Made by a program: the position numbers and the translations under genes. DNA of 64,000 nucleotides from Glaucostegus cemiculus (taxonomy: Eukaryota). Of this stretch, positions 49,380 through 61,318 are shown piece by piece (the first letter of the stretch is position 1; every line of letters begins with the position of its first letter). The notes below the pieces were generated by a model. It saw only the letters and a program-made list of their open reading frames with translations. It was not told where the DNA came from and did no database searches. Where the stretch lies: NCBI GenBank assembly GCA_976551045.1, contig CDPCPM010000037.1, positions 6,696,001 to 6,760,000 on the forward strand, in the 5' to 3' direction.

Positions 49380-49580
49380 ACAAGAGACTGCAAAAGCTGG
49401 AATCTGGAGCAACAAACAAATCATTGGAGGAATTCAGTGGGTTGATCAGCATTTGTTGGGGGAAAGGGATTGTCGATGTTTCAGGTCCTGATACAGGGTT
49501 TTGACTTGAAGTGTCAACAATTCCTTATCTCCCATAGATGCTGCTTAACCTACTGAGTTCCTCCAGTAGATTGTTTGTTA
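49380..49580. mobile_element. Fold-back element of inverted Penelope-like termini (same family as 27310-27523)
   Basis: AACAAACAAATCATTGGAGGAATTCAG... versus ...CTGAGTTCCTCCAGTAGATTGTTTGTT; central hammerhead relic GTCCTGATACAGGGTTTTGACTTGAAGTGTC. Confidence 0.72.
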
Positions 49581-50059
49581 TTCAAGCAATAACTTGTAAC
49601 CTCCAATTGTTTTCCTTTAAGTCACTCTTCAGCCTAACTTATCAATGGCACGTTGAATATAAATTAATGCATGGGTAAACATTTGCAGCAGAAGCACAGT
49701 GGTTCACTGAAAGTAAGGAATTGTTTAAACTTCATTCAATAATTTATTTCAGTATTGAAATCAATTTAATTTAGATCTTTCTGAAGTTACCCACATAATT
49801 TAAACTTTGAACTCGAGGGTGGAAATTGTGCCGGGGTTTTACTCTACTTAATCTTCTAACAACAATACATGAGAAACCAGAAGGGGCCTTCCAGACATTG
49901 GTAAACTGATTCCCTATTTTCACCCATCAAATGCTAGCTAAATTGTCCCAAAGGCACTATGTTTTCGCCCTAGAAAAAGCATACAATGCTCAGACAATAA
50001 GAGTTAACAATTCTCCAGGATCCTCCTGATTATTTCAGGAATTAAGGTATTTATTAAGG

Positions 50060-50346
50060 TATTTATTTATTAGTCACATGTACAGTACATCGAAACACAC
50101 ACTGAAATGTATCTTTTTTTGCTTTACTGAGAATATGTTGGGGGCAGCCCACAAGTGTCTCCTCTCTTCCAGTGCCAACATATCATGCCCATAGCTCCTA
50201 ACTTGTACGCCTTTGGAACGTGGGAGGAAACCAGAGCACCCAGAGGAAACCCATGCAGACATGAGGAGAACATACCAGCTCCTTACAGACATTAGCAGAA
50301 TTGAACCCGGGTTGCTGGCACTGTAATAGCATTACGCGAACTGCTA
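50060..50346 (-). mobile_element. V-SINE with Rex1/Babar-like tail
   Basis: TTTATTAGTCACATGTAC...ATCGAAACACAC..TGAAATG tail, reverse V-domain, GAATTGAACCCGGG. Confidence 0.9.
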
Positions 50347-50591
50347 ATCTCCATTCAAAATTCAGTCCTGATGGTGCGAGGCGAGGCGTGTGTTTATGCG
50401 AGGCACCACAGAAGTACATTTCTCATCAGTGATCATACTCATGATAATTTCACAACATATGCAAAGGAACCTTTCAGACCAGACAGATAAATTCATGAAG
50501 GATTTAGTGGAAGTATGATTAAAGGTGGATCAAGCTCCATATAGCACCCTCTCTCAACACTATACAGGCCTCTAAGATTTAAGTTTGTGAC

Positions 50592-51032
50592 TCAAGTTCA
50601 ACTTCAAGTTTATTGTCATGGGCATACATACACAGTATAAATGCCATGAAAATCAGCTTTTTCTTTTTGCAGCAGCAGCACAGTACATTGCAAACATGAA
50701 CAACGTAAGATAACATAAACTTAAATTAACATAAATTATACATAACTTACATGACAAAATAAACATAACAATACCAGTGCTACTTGAGAGAGAGAGAGAA
50801 AAGAAGAAATATAGTCCAAGGTGGTGTTGGGGATTTTCAGGTCAGTTCAAGAACCTGATGGCAGTTGGGAAGAAGCTGTTGTTGAACCTTGAGGTGTGGA
50901 TCGTCAAGCTTCTGTACCTCCTGCCTAATGGTAACATTGAGAAGAGGGCACAGCCTAGATGATGGGGGTCCCTGAGGATGGATGCCACCTTCCTGAGACA
51001 TCACTTGTAGTAGATGTCCTTGATGGCGGGGA
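50592..51032 (-). mobile_element. Rex1/Babar 3' fragment
   Basis: TCAAGTTCAACTTCAAGTTTATTGTCA tail; GGGAAGAAGCTGTTGTTGAACCT (reverse of RFNNSFFP). Confidence 0.85.
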
Positions 51033-51556
51033 GAGCACCTTTGTTCCATCAGCCGCAACAGCCAGGACTTCCTGGTGGTCAGCCACTTCAATTCCACTTC
51101 CCAATCCACACTAACAATCCACACTATCCACAGACTCCTCTGCTGCCACTTTGCGGCCAGATACAATTTGGAGGAGCAGCATCTCATATTCCGTCTTGGT
51201 AGTCTCCAACCCGACAGCATCAACATCAATTTCTCTAACTTCTCGTAACCACTCCCCTTCCCCTTTTTTACCTCTCCCTTTGTCTTCCCTCATTCCTGTG
51301 GCCCCCTCACCCCTTCTCTTTCCTCTTGTCTGCCCTCATGACCTGCCCATCACCCACCTACCTTCCTCCTCTCACCTGGACTCACCTGTCACCTGCCAGT
51401 TTGTACTCCTCTCCCGCCCCTTACCTTTTTATTCTGGCTTCTACCATCTACCCTTTCAGTCCTGATGAAGGGTGTCAACTGGAAACGTTGGCTGTTTATT
51501 TCCCTCCATAGATGTTGCCTGACCTATTGTGTTGCTCCAGCATTTTGTGTGTGTTG
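51033..51556 (+). mobile_element. Penelope-like element 3' fragment (GIY-YIG endonuclease C-terminus plus terminal repeat)
   Basis: EHLCSI...VVSHFNS...LEEQHLIFRLGSLQPDSININFSNFS-stop (51248), pyrimidine-rich UTR, then hammerhead motif and ATAGATGTTGCCTGACC...CCAGCATTTTGTG end. Confidence 0.88.
51457..51494 (+). ncRNA. Minimal type I hammerhead ribozyme motif (partly decayed)
   Basis: CAGTC-CTGATGA-AGGGTGTCAACTG-GAAAC-GTT-GGCTG: intact core, stem I CAGTC/GGCTG, palindromic AACGTT at stem III, weakened stem II. Confidence 0.7.
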
Positions 51557-52096
51557 ATTTGAAAAAACTACCAGTTGTGAACCTCTCTGGCGCTGATAGT
51601 TTGCATGCATGTATCAGATAATTCACGTTGTTGAAGAGGAATGCCAAGACTCCTCAGAAATGTATACATTTGTATATGATATGTACAATTGAATAACCCC
51701 ACGTGTTTCCATTCAAGCAAATCCAATAGTTAATTGAATGACAAAGGTTACATCAAGTTTATAAAGTGCACCATGCACCATTCCAGTATTTCTAATATCA
51801 CTCCATCTGCAGTATTCATTGAAGAGCAGATAGCACTAATGGCTAAGGAAACTTACTAACATTGCAAAGAACAAGAACCATGGATTGATAAACATTGATA
51901 TTAACTAATCATCCTTATACTATCCTTTTGTAACAGCGTTCTTTTTTGGTTTTCTTGTCCTGCTACATCAACACAGTGTCTGTCCCCACTCCATCACCAC
52001 AGACAGGGGAAAGGCTGCTCCATTTCAGTTGCATGAACTAAAGATGACCAAATATATCTCTCGGCCGGAGGGTGGTTAGCTGTGGAGTAAACTGTT

Positions 52097-53265
52097 AAAT
52101 TGGTTTATTATTTTCACATGTACTGAGCTACAGTGAAAAACCTGTCTTACATACAGTCCATATAGATCAGTTCATTACAACAGTGCATTATATGGTACAA
52201 GGTGAAACAAGAACAGAATGCAGAATAAAGTATCACAATTACAGAGAAGTGCAGTGCAGGCAGACAATAAAGTGCAAGGTCATAACAAGGTAGATTGTGA
52301 GGTCAAGAGTCCATCTTATGGTACTAGGGAACCATTCAATAGACATACAAGAGTGGGATAGAAGCTGTCCTTGAGCTTGGTCAGATGTGCTTTCAGGCTT
52401 TTGTATCTTCTGCCTGATGGGAAGGGGGAGAAGAGAGAATGTCCAGAGTGGGTGCGGTTTTTGAGTATGTTGGCTGCTTTACCGAGAAAAGTGTAGACTT
52501 GGAGGGGATGCTGGTTTTCGTGATGTGCTGAGCTGTGTCCACGATTCCCTGCAGTTTCTTGTGGTCATGGGCCAGAGGAGTTTCTGTATCAAGCTGCGAT
52601 GCATCCAGATCGGATGCTTTCTATGGTGTATCAATAAAAATTGGTGAGATTCAATGGGGATGTGCCAAATTTCTTTAGCCTCCTGTGGAAGTAGAGGCGC
52701 TGGTGGGCTTTCTTGACTGTGGCATCAACGTGGTTGGATCAGGACAGGCTACTGGTGATGTTTACTCTGAGGAACTAGAAGCTCTCAACCCTCTCAACCT
52801 CAGCACTGTTGATATAAACAGGAGCATGTGCACCACCATCTACCTGAAGTCAATGACCAGCTCTGTTGTTTTGCTGACATTGAGGGAAGGGTTGTTGTCA
52901 TGATACCATGTCACTAAGCTCTCTGTCTCCTTCCTAAACACCAACTCATTGTTATTTGATATTAGACTCACTATGGTGGTGACATCTGCAAACTTGTAGA
53001 TGGAGTTGGAATAGAATCTAGCCACACAGTTGTGAGTGTATAGGAAATAGTTAGGGGGCTGAGGACGCAGCTTTGTGGGGCACCAGTGTTGAAGATAATC
53101 GTGGTGGAGATGTTGCTGCCTATCCTTACTGATGATGGTCTGTTAGTCAAGAAGTCAAGGATCCAGTTGCAAAGGGAAGTGTTGAGTCCCAGGTCTAAGA
53201 GCTTGAATATGAGTTTGCTTGAAAGTATAGTATTGAAGGTGGAGCTGTAGTCAAGAAACAATAGT
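52097..53265 (-). mobile_element. Rex1/Babar LINE, 5'-truncated
   Basis: [59 protein letters not shown]; 3' end CATGTGAAAATAATAAACC. Confidence 0.92.
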
Positions 53266-53397
53266 CAGAGAAGGACATCGCCTGAAAACTAGTGAAGGGA
53301 CGTGAGATTCTGATATTCTGAGAGAGTACAGCTATTTCATACCACACAATACTGTTCCAGAGTTGGTCACATAATTGAATAAGACCCAGATGGTACT

Positions 53398-53527
53398 GTC
53401 ATAGAGCTATACAGCATGGAAACATGCTCCCAGACCAATTCATCCATGCCAACCAAGGTGCCTACCTGAGCTAGTCCCATTTGCCTGTGTTTTGCACCCT
53501 TCTTATCCATATACCTGTCTACACCTG
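53398..53527 (-). mobile_element. CR1 3' tail
   Basis: GTCATAGAGCTATACAGCATGGAAAC...GCTAGTCCCATTTGCC. Confidence 0.8.
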
Positions 53528-53705
53528 CCAAAAAGCCCTTCAAACCCATAGCAAAACTACAGCTCAGCACCAGCAGAGTGGCTTCTGCAAAAGGTATGTT
53601 CCCATTTGTCAACTTTCTGCCCTGTACTATAGCAGCTTACTCTTGGGTGACCTCAGCAGAGATCTGATTGGAGATGCCTGAGACTAAGTTCTGGAGACTT
53701 AATAA

Positions 53706-53853
53706 AACATAGAACACCTACAGCACAATTCAGGCCCTTCGGCCCACAAAGCTGTGCCAAACATGTCCCTACACTAGAAACTACTAGGCTTACCCATAGC
53801 CCTCTATCTTATTTTGCTCCATGTACCTATCCAACAGTCTCTTGAAAGACCCT
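53706..53853 (-). mobile_element. Young CR1 3' tail
   Basis: Nearly identical to 17100-17240. Confidence 0.9.
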
Positions 53854-54150
53854 TCAGGTGGCTTCTGTCTATACCAGAAGGGAATAATGTATCTGTTGCA
53901 TTTCCAGCTAGCATTGAGGTGTACATCACTTCCACAGCTGACAGAAAGCTTTACTGGCTCTGTGTAAGATTCTGTGAAAGATTGGATTTGGAGTCTTCCT
54001 ATGTTCTTCAACATTTTTTTATATTCTGTCATGCAAGCCAGATAATGCACTGTGAGAAACAAAGGACTGCAGATGCTGGAATTTAGATGAAAAACACAAT
54101 GATGCTGGAGGAACTCAGCAGGCCAGGCAGCATCTGTGGAGAAAAGCAGG

Positions 54151-54188
54151 CGGTCAATGTTTTCGGTCAGGACACTTCTTCAGGACTG
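54151..54188 (-). ncRNA. Hammerhead ribozyme motif (decayed)
   Basis: Minus strand reads CAGTC-CTGAAGA-AGTGTCCTGACC-GAAAAC-ATT-GACCG. Confidence 0.6.
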
Positions 54189-54213
54189 AAGATAGGAAAG
54201 GGGGAAGCCCAAT

Positions 54214-54802
54214 ATTGGTATTGGTATATTATTATCACTTGTACCGAGGTACAGTGAAAAGCTTGTCTTACAAACTAATCATACAGGTCAATTCATTACA
54301 CAGTGCAGTTACATTGAGTTGGTATAAAGTGCATTGATGTGGTACAGGTAAAAACAGTAACGGTAAAGTGTCACAGCTACAGAGAAAGTGCAGTGCAATA
54401 AGGTGCAAGGTCACAACAAGGTAGATTGTGAGGTCATAGTCCATCTCATTGTCCAAGGGAACCGTTCAATAGTCTTATCACAGTGGGGTAGAAGCTGTCC
54501 TTAAGTCTGGTGGTATGTGCCCTCAGGCACCTGTATCTTCTACCCAATGGAAGAGGAGAAAAGAGAGAATGTCCCGGGTGGGTGGGGGTCTTTGATTATG
54601 CTGGCTGCTACTCCAAGACAATGAGAGGTAAAGACAGAGTCCAAGGAAGGGAGGCTGGTGTCCATAATGCGCTGGGCTGTGTCCACAACCCTATGCAGCT
54701 TCTTGCAGTCCTGGGAAGAGCAATTGCCATACCAAGCTGTGATACATCCAGATAAGATGCTTTCTATGATGCATCGGTAAAAGTTGGTGAGAGTCAAAGG
54801 GG
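54214..54802 (-). mobile_element. Rex1/Babar 3' fragment
   Basis: LTNFYRCIIESILSGCITAWYGNCS...KKLHRVV..AQRI...IIKDPHPPG; (TTGGTA)n tail. Confidence 0.92.
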
Positions 54803-54880
54803 AGGGAAAAGCAGAGCAGTGATAGGTGGATAAGAAAGGGGAGGCGGGGTGGACACAAGGTGATGATAGGTAGATGTAAT

Positions 54881-54977
54881 ATGTTTGTATGTGTGTTTGT
54901 ATGTTTGTGTGTGGGTGTGTTTTTGTGTATGTGTGTTTGTGTTTTGTGTGCATGTGCTCATGTGTATGTGTGCACAC

Positions 54978-55010
<33 letters not shown>
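54881..55010. repeat. Imperfect (TG)n microsatellite
   Basis: Visible TG/TTTG/TATG run. Confidence 0.95.
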
Positions 55011-55875
55011 TAGTTATCTGAGATATTATCCAAATCTTCACAGTTAGCACTTGGTCTGTCACAGCACCCATAAGAAGACAAATAATTCAAGGAAAAAGCT
55101 GGAAATTACAGAAGAGAATAACAAATGAGCTTCATCAGCTGGTACAAGCAACTGCCTAGCAAGCTGTTGGTTTGGTAATATGTGAACATTTATCAGAGGT
55201 TAAGCTGTTATGTATTTGCACCTTGAGACCTAGTGATCTATTGTCTATATAGATAATAACCAATTTCAGACAGGACTGTAGTACAATTATTTCTCATTCC
55301 ATCTTTGACAACTGCTATTTTGTGGTTTTGGTCTTCTAGAAACACCGGACAAATTAATTACATTTCGAAAACAGAATTTGGAGTATGTTTCTGCCTTTTG
55401 ATCTTTTCCCCCAGCTTTCTCTCAAGGGTCACCCTCCACCCAGCAGTTCCCTGGCCAACAGGAAAGCACAATATTATTCCACACCTTCTTTTAGCTGAAG
55501 GAAACTATTTCCACTGCTGTTACACAGGTTAAGTATGTCTGTGTACATGTGGCAAATGCATACATAATTTGTAATCATAATATAGACACATATGATTTTT
55601 ACTCATGCAGTTGGGTGCAAATAAGATATAAAGAGATATTTTACTATTCACTGCTATCTCTTTTTCTCCCATTAAGGTTGTTTGGGGCCTGTCTACTTAA
55701 ATATTCACTGTGTCTTCATGGTCCACATTACTAAAGTCCCTCATCTGCTTTAAGTCTCTATGTATGTTCTCCAATAACTGATGGCATCATGAAATTGTAT
55801 TGCCCAGAATGTTTCATGAAGGCTATCAATGCATTGGAGAAGATACAGAGACTTAAAACAGATGAGGGAATTTAG

Positions 55876-56645
55876 TAGAGTCATAGACTCATACAGCACA
55901 GAAACAGGCCCTTCAGCCCAACTCTTCCATGCGGCCAAGATTCCCATCTAAGCTAGTCCCATTTGCCTATATTTGGCCCATATCCCTCTAAACCTTTCCA
56001 ATCCAAGTATCTGTCCAAGTTCCTTTAAAATTGTTGTTAATGTACCTGCCTCAACCACTTCCTCTGGCAGCTCATTCCATATACTGACAACCCTCTGGGT
56101 GAAAAGGTTTCCCCTCAGGTTCCTACCAAATCTCTCCCCTAAACCTATGTCCTCTAGTTCATGATTTTTCAATGCTGGGAAAAAGACAGTGCACTTTCAC
56201 CCTACTTATACCCCTCATGATTTTATATACCTCTATAATATCACCCCTAATTCTCCTACACTCCAATGAATAAAGTCCCGACCTGCTCAACCTCTTTCCA
56301 TAATTCAGTACGGGCAACATCCTCATAAATCTCCTCTGTACTCCTTCCACCTTAATGGTATCTTTCCTAATGGCTGACCAAAACTGAACACAATATTCCA
56401 AATGCGTCCTCACCAATGTCTTGTACAACCACAAACATAACATCCCAACTTCTATACTCAGTGCCCTGGCTGAAGAAGGTCAACATGCCAAAAGCCTTCT
56501 TCACCACCCCATCTCCCTGCAATGTCACTTTCAGGGAACCACATACTTATACTCCTTGGTTCCTTTGATCTACAATACTCACCAGGGCCCTACTGTTCAT
56601 TGTGAAAGTCCTACCTTCATCTGTCTTCCCAAAATGTAACACAGT
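55876..56645 (-). mobile_element. CR1 3' fragment
   Basis: LYKTLVRTHLEYCVQFWS, RRIRGDIIEVYKIMRG, FTQRVVSIWNELPEEVVEAG; tail AGAGTCATAGACTCATACAGCAC. Confidence 0.93.
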
Positions 56646-57139
56646 GATGTAGACTGCAAAGACTCAGTGAATATTTAAGTAGATATGCCCCACTGTTGGG
56701 GGGGGGGAGCGGGGAAAAGGAGGTACTGGTGAACATATCTCTTTATATCTCATCTCCACCCAATTGCACATGATTACAAACCATGTATGTATGTATTATG
56801 ATTACATATTATGTATGTAGTTCTCGTATGTACACAAACATTTTCAACATGTGTAAGAGCAGTGGAAATGAGGCAGAATCAATGGGTTGTAAATGACTTC
56901 CTTGCCTTTGCATTTACGTATTTAATTACGGCACTTGCTTTTTCAGTAGCCTTTTTAACTAGATCTACCGACATCACAGTCCTAATTCCTACTGCTCTTG
57001 GAGCTCTCTAGAAATAGCACTACTTAGATTGTACTGTTTCGCCATGTTTTCTCTCCAAGGTTCATCTCATCAGATTTACCTGCGTTAAATTGTCTCTGCC
57101 ATGTCCCTGCTGATCCATCTTCATTGATGACCTTCTTTC

Positions 57140-57710
57140 CTTCATAAAGTGAAATGTGGAACGCTCATTGATAATTGCAGTGATCAATTCCATTCGCACT
57201 TCCAGAGGAAATGAAGCAGCACTGTCCTAAATGCAACAAACTTAGATAACATTCAGACACATGAAAATAAATGACATGTAAATTTGGACTGCACAAGTTT
57301 GACATAATGATCATCTCCAATGAGGGAGAATCTAACCATCTATCTTTATCCTCCAATAGAATTACTATACCCCAAGACCTCACTATCAACATCCTAAGGA
57401 TCAACAATGACTAGAAACTCAACTGCATAAACTATGCAAGTCCTATGCCTATAAGAGCAAGTTACAGGCTGGGTTTCCTGCAGTGGATGACTCACTCCCT
57501 GACTCCCAGGATCAACACCCAGGATACTACACAAGACAAAGCAGTCCACTTGATTGCCAACCCATTTGCAACACAAATTTCTTTCCCTCCATGGTAGCAG
57601 TGTGTATCATTTACAAAATAAACTGCAGTAATGTGTTTCGGCCACTCCAAAATAATCCTCCAAACTTGCAGCTCTACCACATGGAAATACAAGTGCAGCA
57701 GAATGAACCT
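57140..57710 (+). mobile_element. Decayed L2/CR1-group LINE ORF2 C-terminal fragment
   Basis: Cross-frame MQQxLDNIQ, MIISNEGESNHLSL, TINILRI, RASYRLGFL, QDKAVHLI. Confidence 0.65.
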
Positions 57711-59691
57711 CAAACTAAGGCACATTTGTAATAACCCATGCAAACCATCACAATCTTGCAAATGTTTTTATTTATACATTCTGCAGCAGGACCTGCAATC
57801 AACTGCAACCTACAACTGAAAGTCTTGAGATGTTCACATCTTCAAAGATTTTTGTGAATAAAATAATTATGATACAACCTACTTGTGCAATAAATAGTCA
57901 TTTTCTGATGCACAGAATGAGGTTGAGGATGGTTAAATTGCTGCATTTCAAGAAATATGGCCATGCTGTGATATTCAGCTGTTCTGATACTGATGTTACT
58001 ATTTAGAAAGTGTTAGCATTATGGATTGAATATGATATGTGATGCAAGAACCTTGACTAAAATTGCAGATTGCTTTGTTCATGTAGAAGTTTACCAAATT
58101 ACAAATCCATGTACAGAATGTTCTCTCTCTTTCTCACTCTCTCTGTCTCTCTCTCATAAGTACTATGACACCAGATGACATAGATCTGCAATGAATTGTA
58201 TGCTCATCCAGACAATGGCACTGATCATCCATCATCTTGCAACTGTCCAATTATGAAATTCCATGTTGATATATACCTAAACCAATGCTCTTTAGTAATT
58301 TTAGCTGTCACATACATATAATCCATCACCTAGGTGGTGAGTTAATTCTTCAGTTCTAATGACATTTCTGTACTGCGATGTTGCCACCAAAACTCTTCTC
58401 AAGGTACTGCACCACACATCACCATTGCAACAATCAGTCCAGAAACAAAATCCAACCATTCAAATTTATCTAAGGTACATAAGCCTTTTAAAACTTTGTA
58501 ATAATCAAAATGGGTAGTGTTATTTTGTCATGCAGATTACTGCCCTTCTTTTAAGATTGAAATTCTGTTAAAGTATAATTGACTAGTTAATTAAAATTGT
58601 AATATAGATTGCAAAGTGATCTCACTTTAGTAATTTAATTCTGCTGTTGAGGTCACATTGGCTTAATATTTCAATCATTCTTATCTCATTTGTATTGTTA
58701 CCTTAATGGGTCCAATAGATTTCTTCAGATTCAAATCAGCATGACTGGTTTACTAAATTAGTTTTATCTTATTTATCTTATATATAAAAAAAACTTTGAT
58801 GTACAATTGAGTGCGGTGAAAGAAATGGACCAGAAGAGAAGAACTTGTTTTCCAGAGCTAATTTATATAGATTTAGATGAATGAGAGAATTGACTGCAGG
58901 CAGAATCTTTAAAATTGCTGATGGAGAATTGTGTTGAATAATTAATTATGTCAGGAAGATAGATGTTATTTAGAGAGGTTTATCATTTGAATAAAAAACT
59001 AGGACATGGATTATTGATGCCATAAACACCAAAAGGCTATGAAATTGGTATACATTGGAATATGCCATGGAAATGCAAGATGCTATGTAATCAATGTGAA
59101 GTTATCTTTTCTCACTGTTAAAATCTGTTATTAGAAATGTGGGCGTTTACTTCAAAAGCTGTATCTACATAAACATTTCCTGACAGATCCTTACAAGAGG
59201 AAACAGAGATGTCACCCAAAATAATGGAGGTTTTATTCAAATGAAGGAATAACAAGTCTAAAAACCTATCTGACATCTTAATCAAATCACCTCCATTTCA
59301 AAGATCCTGAGAAATTCATCCTCCTTCAGTAAATATTTGAGCCACATTAACATAGTTGAAGAATAAGTCATTAATTTTGCACAATTGCACATTAGGTGTC
59401 AGGCTTCATCTGCCAAGACAAATCCTGACTTTACCAGGCAGGTTTCTCAACAGCATTGAAATAGCCTTCAACTTTAGGAGAAGCATCTTTCTAGCTGTAG
59501 GGGAAATATTAACACCACTCTCTGCAGCTAAAAGGTGGAATTCATCAAGTACATTGAAACTATTCTTCAGTATTGGTATGAATATTTATGATGGTTTCCA
59601 TTTACCCAAGGAAATATCTTCCCAGTATTGTGCAGCATTGTTTTGTCAGGCTGTATAGCTTCCAGAAATTAAATGAAAATATCATTGGACT

Positions 59692-60047
59692 GTCATAAAG
59701 TCATACCACATGTAAATAGACCCTCTGGTTTATCAAATTCATGCCAACAATCAAATGCACATTTACATTAATCCTGCTGTAATACTATTCCCCCACATTC
59801 CCATAAACTGCTCCCAGATTTCACCACTCACCTGCACACTTGGGGCAATTTATGGTGACCAATTTAACCCACTAATCCACACATCTTTGGGATGTGTGAG
59901 TATGTGAGATGTGGGAATTTATCAGTGCATTGTTTATTAATAGGTCATTATATCCTGGTCCATGAAGGTAGAACTGGTGGTCAGAATTGAACCTGGGTCA
60001 CTGGATTTGTGAGGCAGCAACTCCACTGACTGTGCCATTGTGCCATC
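59692..60047 (-). mobile_element. Old V-SINE (HE1-like) with central segment replaced
   Basis: CCACTCACCTGCACAC...GGGGCAATTTA...CATCTTTGGGATGTG and head CAGAATTGAACCTGGGTCACTGG...GTGCCA. Confidence 0.8.
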
Positions 60048-60143
60048 TTATCATTATTACATATGTTACTTTTATAGTTTTTACTTCCTGGCCCCCAACT
60101 GTTCAGGATTACAATATTTGTAAAATAGGATTTAATCATTGTA

Positions 60144-60248
60144 AAAAGATGTACGGATAGGTTAATTTGGGGGGTTAAAATGGGCGGCGTGGACTCATTG
60201 GGCCGAAAGGGCCTGTTACCACGCTGTAAATAAAATTTAAAAAAAAAT
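60144..60248 (+). mobile_element. 5'-truncated young V-SINE (3' tail only)
   Basis: GGGCCGAAAGGGCCTGTTACCACGCTGTAAATAAA plus A tail; TSD TTGTA at 60139-60143 and 60249-60253. Confidence 0.85.
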
Positions 60249-60895
60249 TTGTACTCTGTCCCACTTATTCACTGGGAAAATTACATTCATTTGTCAAATA
60301 TGTAGCTGAGCAAGTTTATTAATGGTGTAGTTCCTCCAGTTTAAACAGTTGTTGCATTCATCTCTAAAATTCTTAATTTCAATTCAATTCTTCTCATTGA
60401 TACTCACCAAAGGTCAGAAGTAAAGTAAGATCTGGGAGCATCAGAACTAATGTCCAGGTATCTAATTCAGTTGCACAATACTACCTTCAATTTGACATCT
60501 GTCCTAATGCACCTGATCGCAAGGAATTGGGAACAGTTACGGGAAAGAAAATGAAAACTTTGCCATTCCTCAAGCACCATTGTCTCTGAGTGAAATAAAT
60601 ATAGTGGAGGTTCTCAGCAATGCTTGCTTTGGCAACTGAGTAATGTTTATTGATATGAGGAAGTTCTTTCAAGGAATTTATGAATTAAGTGTGTAGCTTA
60701 TTAATAGATCATTATATCCTGGTCCATCAGCAAATGTAGCCAACCATGGTTCTTGAAAGAGATTGTAATTACTGTATATGCGGAAACCTGAAGAAGCCTC
60801 CGGTGAGTGAGAAAATCCATTTTTTTTTATCAGCTTTTAATGCTTTTAATGGTTAAGATGGCAAAGTGGGTTGGATGCTCATTTTGCCTGTTTTT

Positions 60896-61000
60896 CAGAA
60901 TCAGAATCAGAATCAGTTTTTATTGTCACTACTATATACACATTCAGTATGCGTAGGAACGAAATACCATACTCCATAGGTCAAGGTGCTCGTCACATTA
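60896..61000 (-). mobile_element. LINE 3' tail (Rex1/Babar- or L2-like)
   Basis: (TCAGAA)3 followed by TTTATTGTCA, the same tail architecture as the Rex1 copies. Confidence 0.6.
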
Positions 61001-61149
61001 AAAGAAACAAACAATGAGAGACACAAAGACAGAAATACGCTAAAAACATTGAAACCACAAAATTAAATAGCACAATTTAAATAAATAATCTTAAATTGAG
61101 CGTACTGGCAACGGACAAAACCAATTTCTCCAAATGAAAATATTAAAAA

Positions 61150-61318
61150 AAGTAGATGCTTGAAATCTAAAATAAAAACAAAAACTGCTGAAAATAATCA
61201 GCAGGTCAGGCAAGTGTCTGTGAACAGAGAGATAAGAGTTAATGTTTCAGGCTGAAGACCTTTCGTCAGACCCAGATGCTGCCTGAGCTGCTGAATATTC
61301 CAGCATTTTCTGTTATCA
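61150..61318. mobile_element. Fold-back element of Penelope-like termini with hammerhead core
   Basis: AAAACTGCTGAAAATAATCAGCAGGTCAGGCA versus TGCCTGAGCTGCTGAATATTCCAGCATTTT; minus strand 61236-61272 reads CTGACGA-AAGGTCTTCAGCCT-GAAAC-ATT-AACT. Confidence 0.72.

Larger units (their letters stand above)
54054..54878 (-). mobile_element. Penelope-like terminal fragment split by a Rex1 insertion
   Basis: GACTGCAGATGCTGG...GCTGGAGGAACTCAGCAGGCCAGGCAGCATCTG with hammerhead motif; purine-rich UTR resumes near 54800-54878. Confidence 0.75.
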
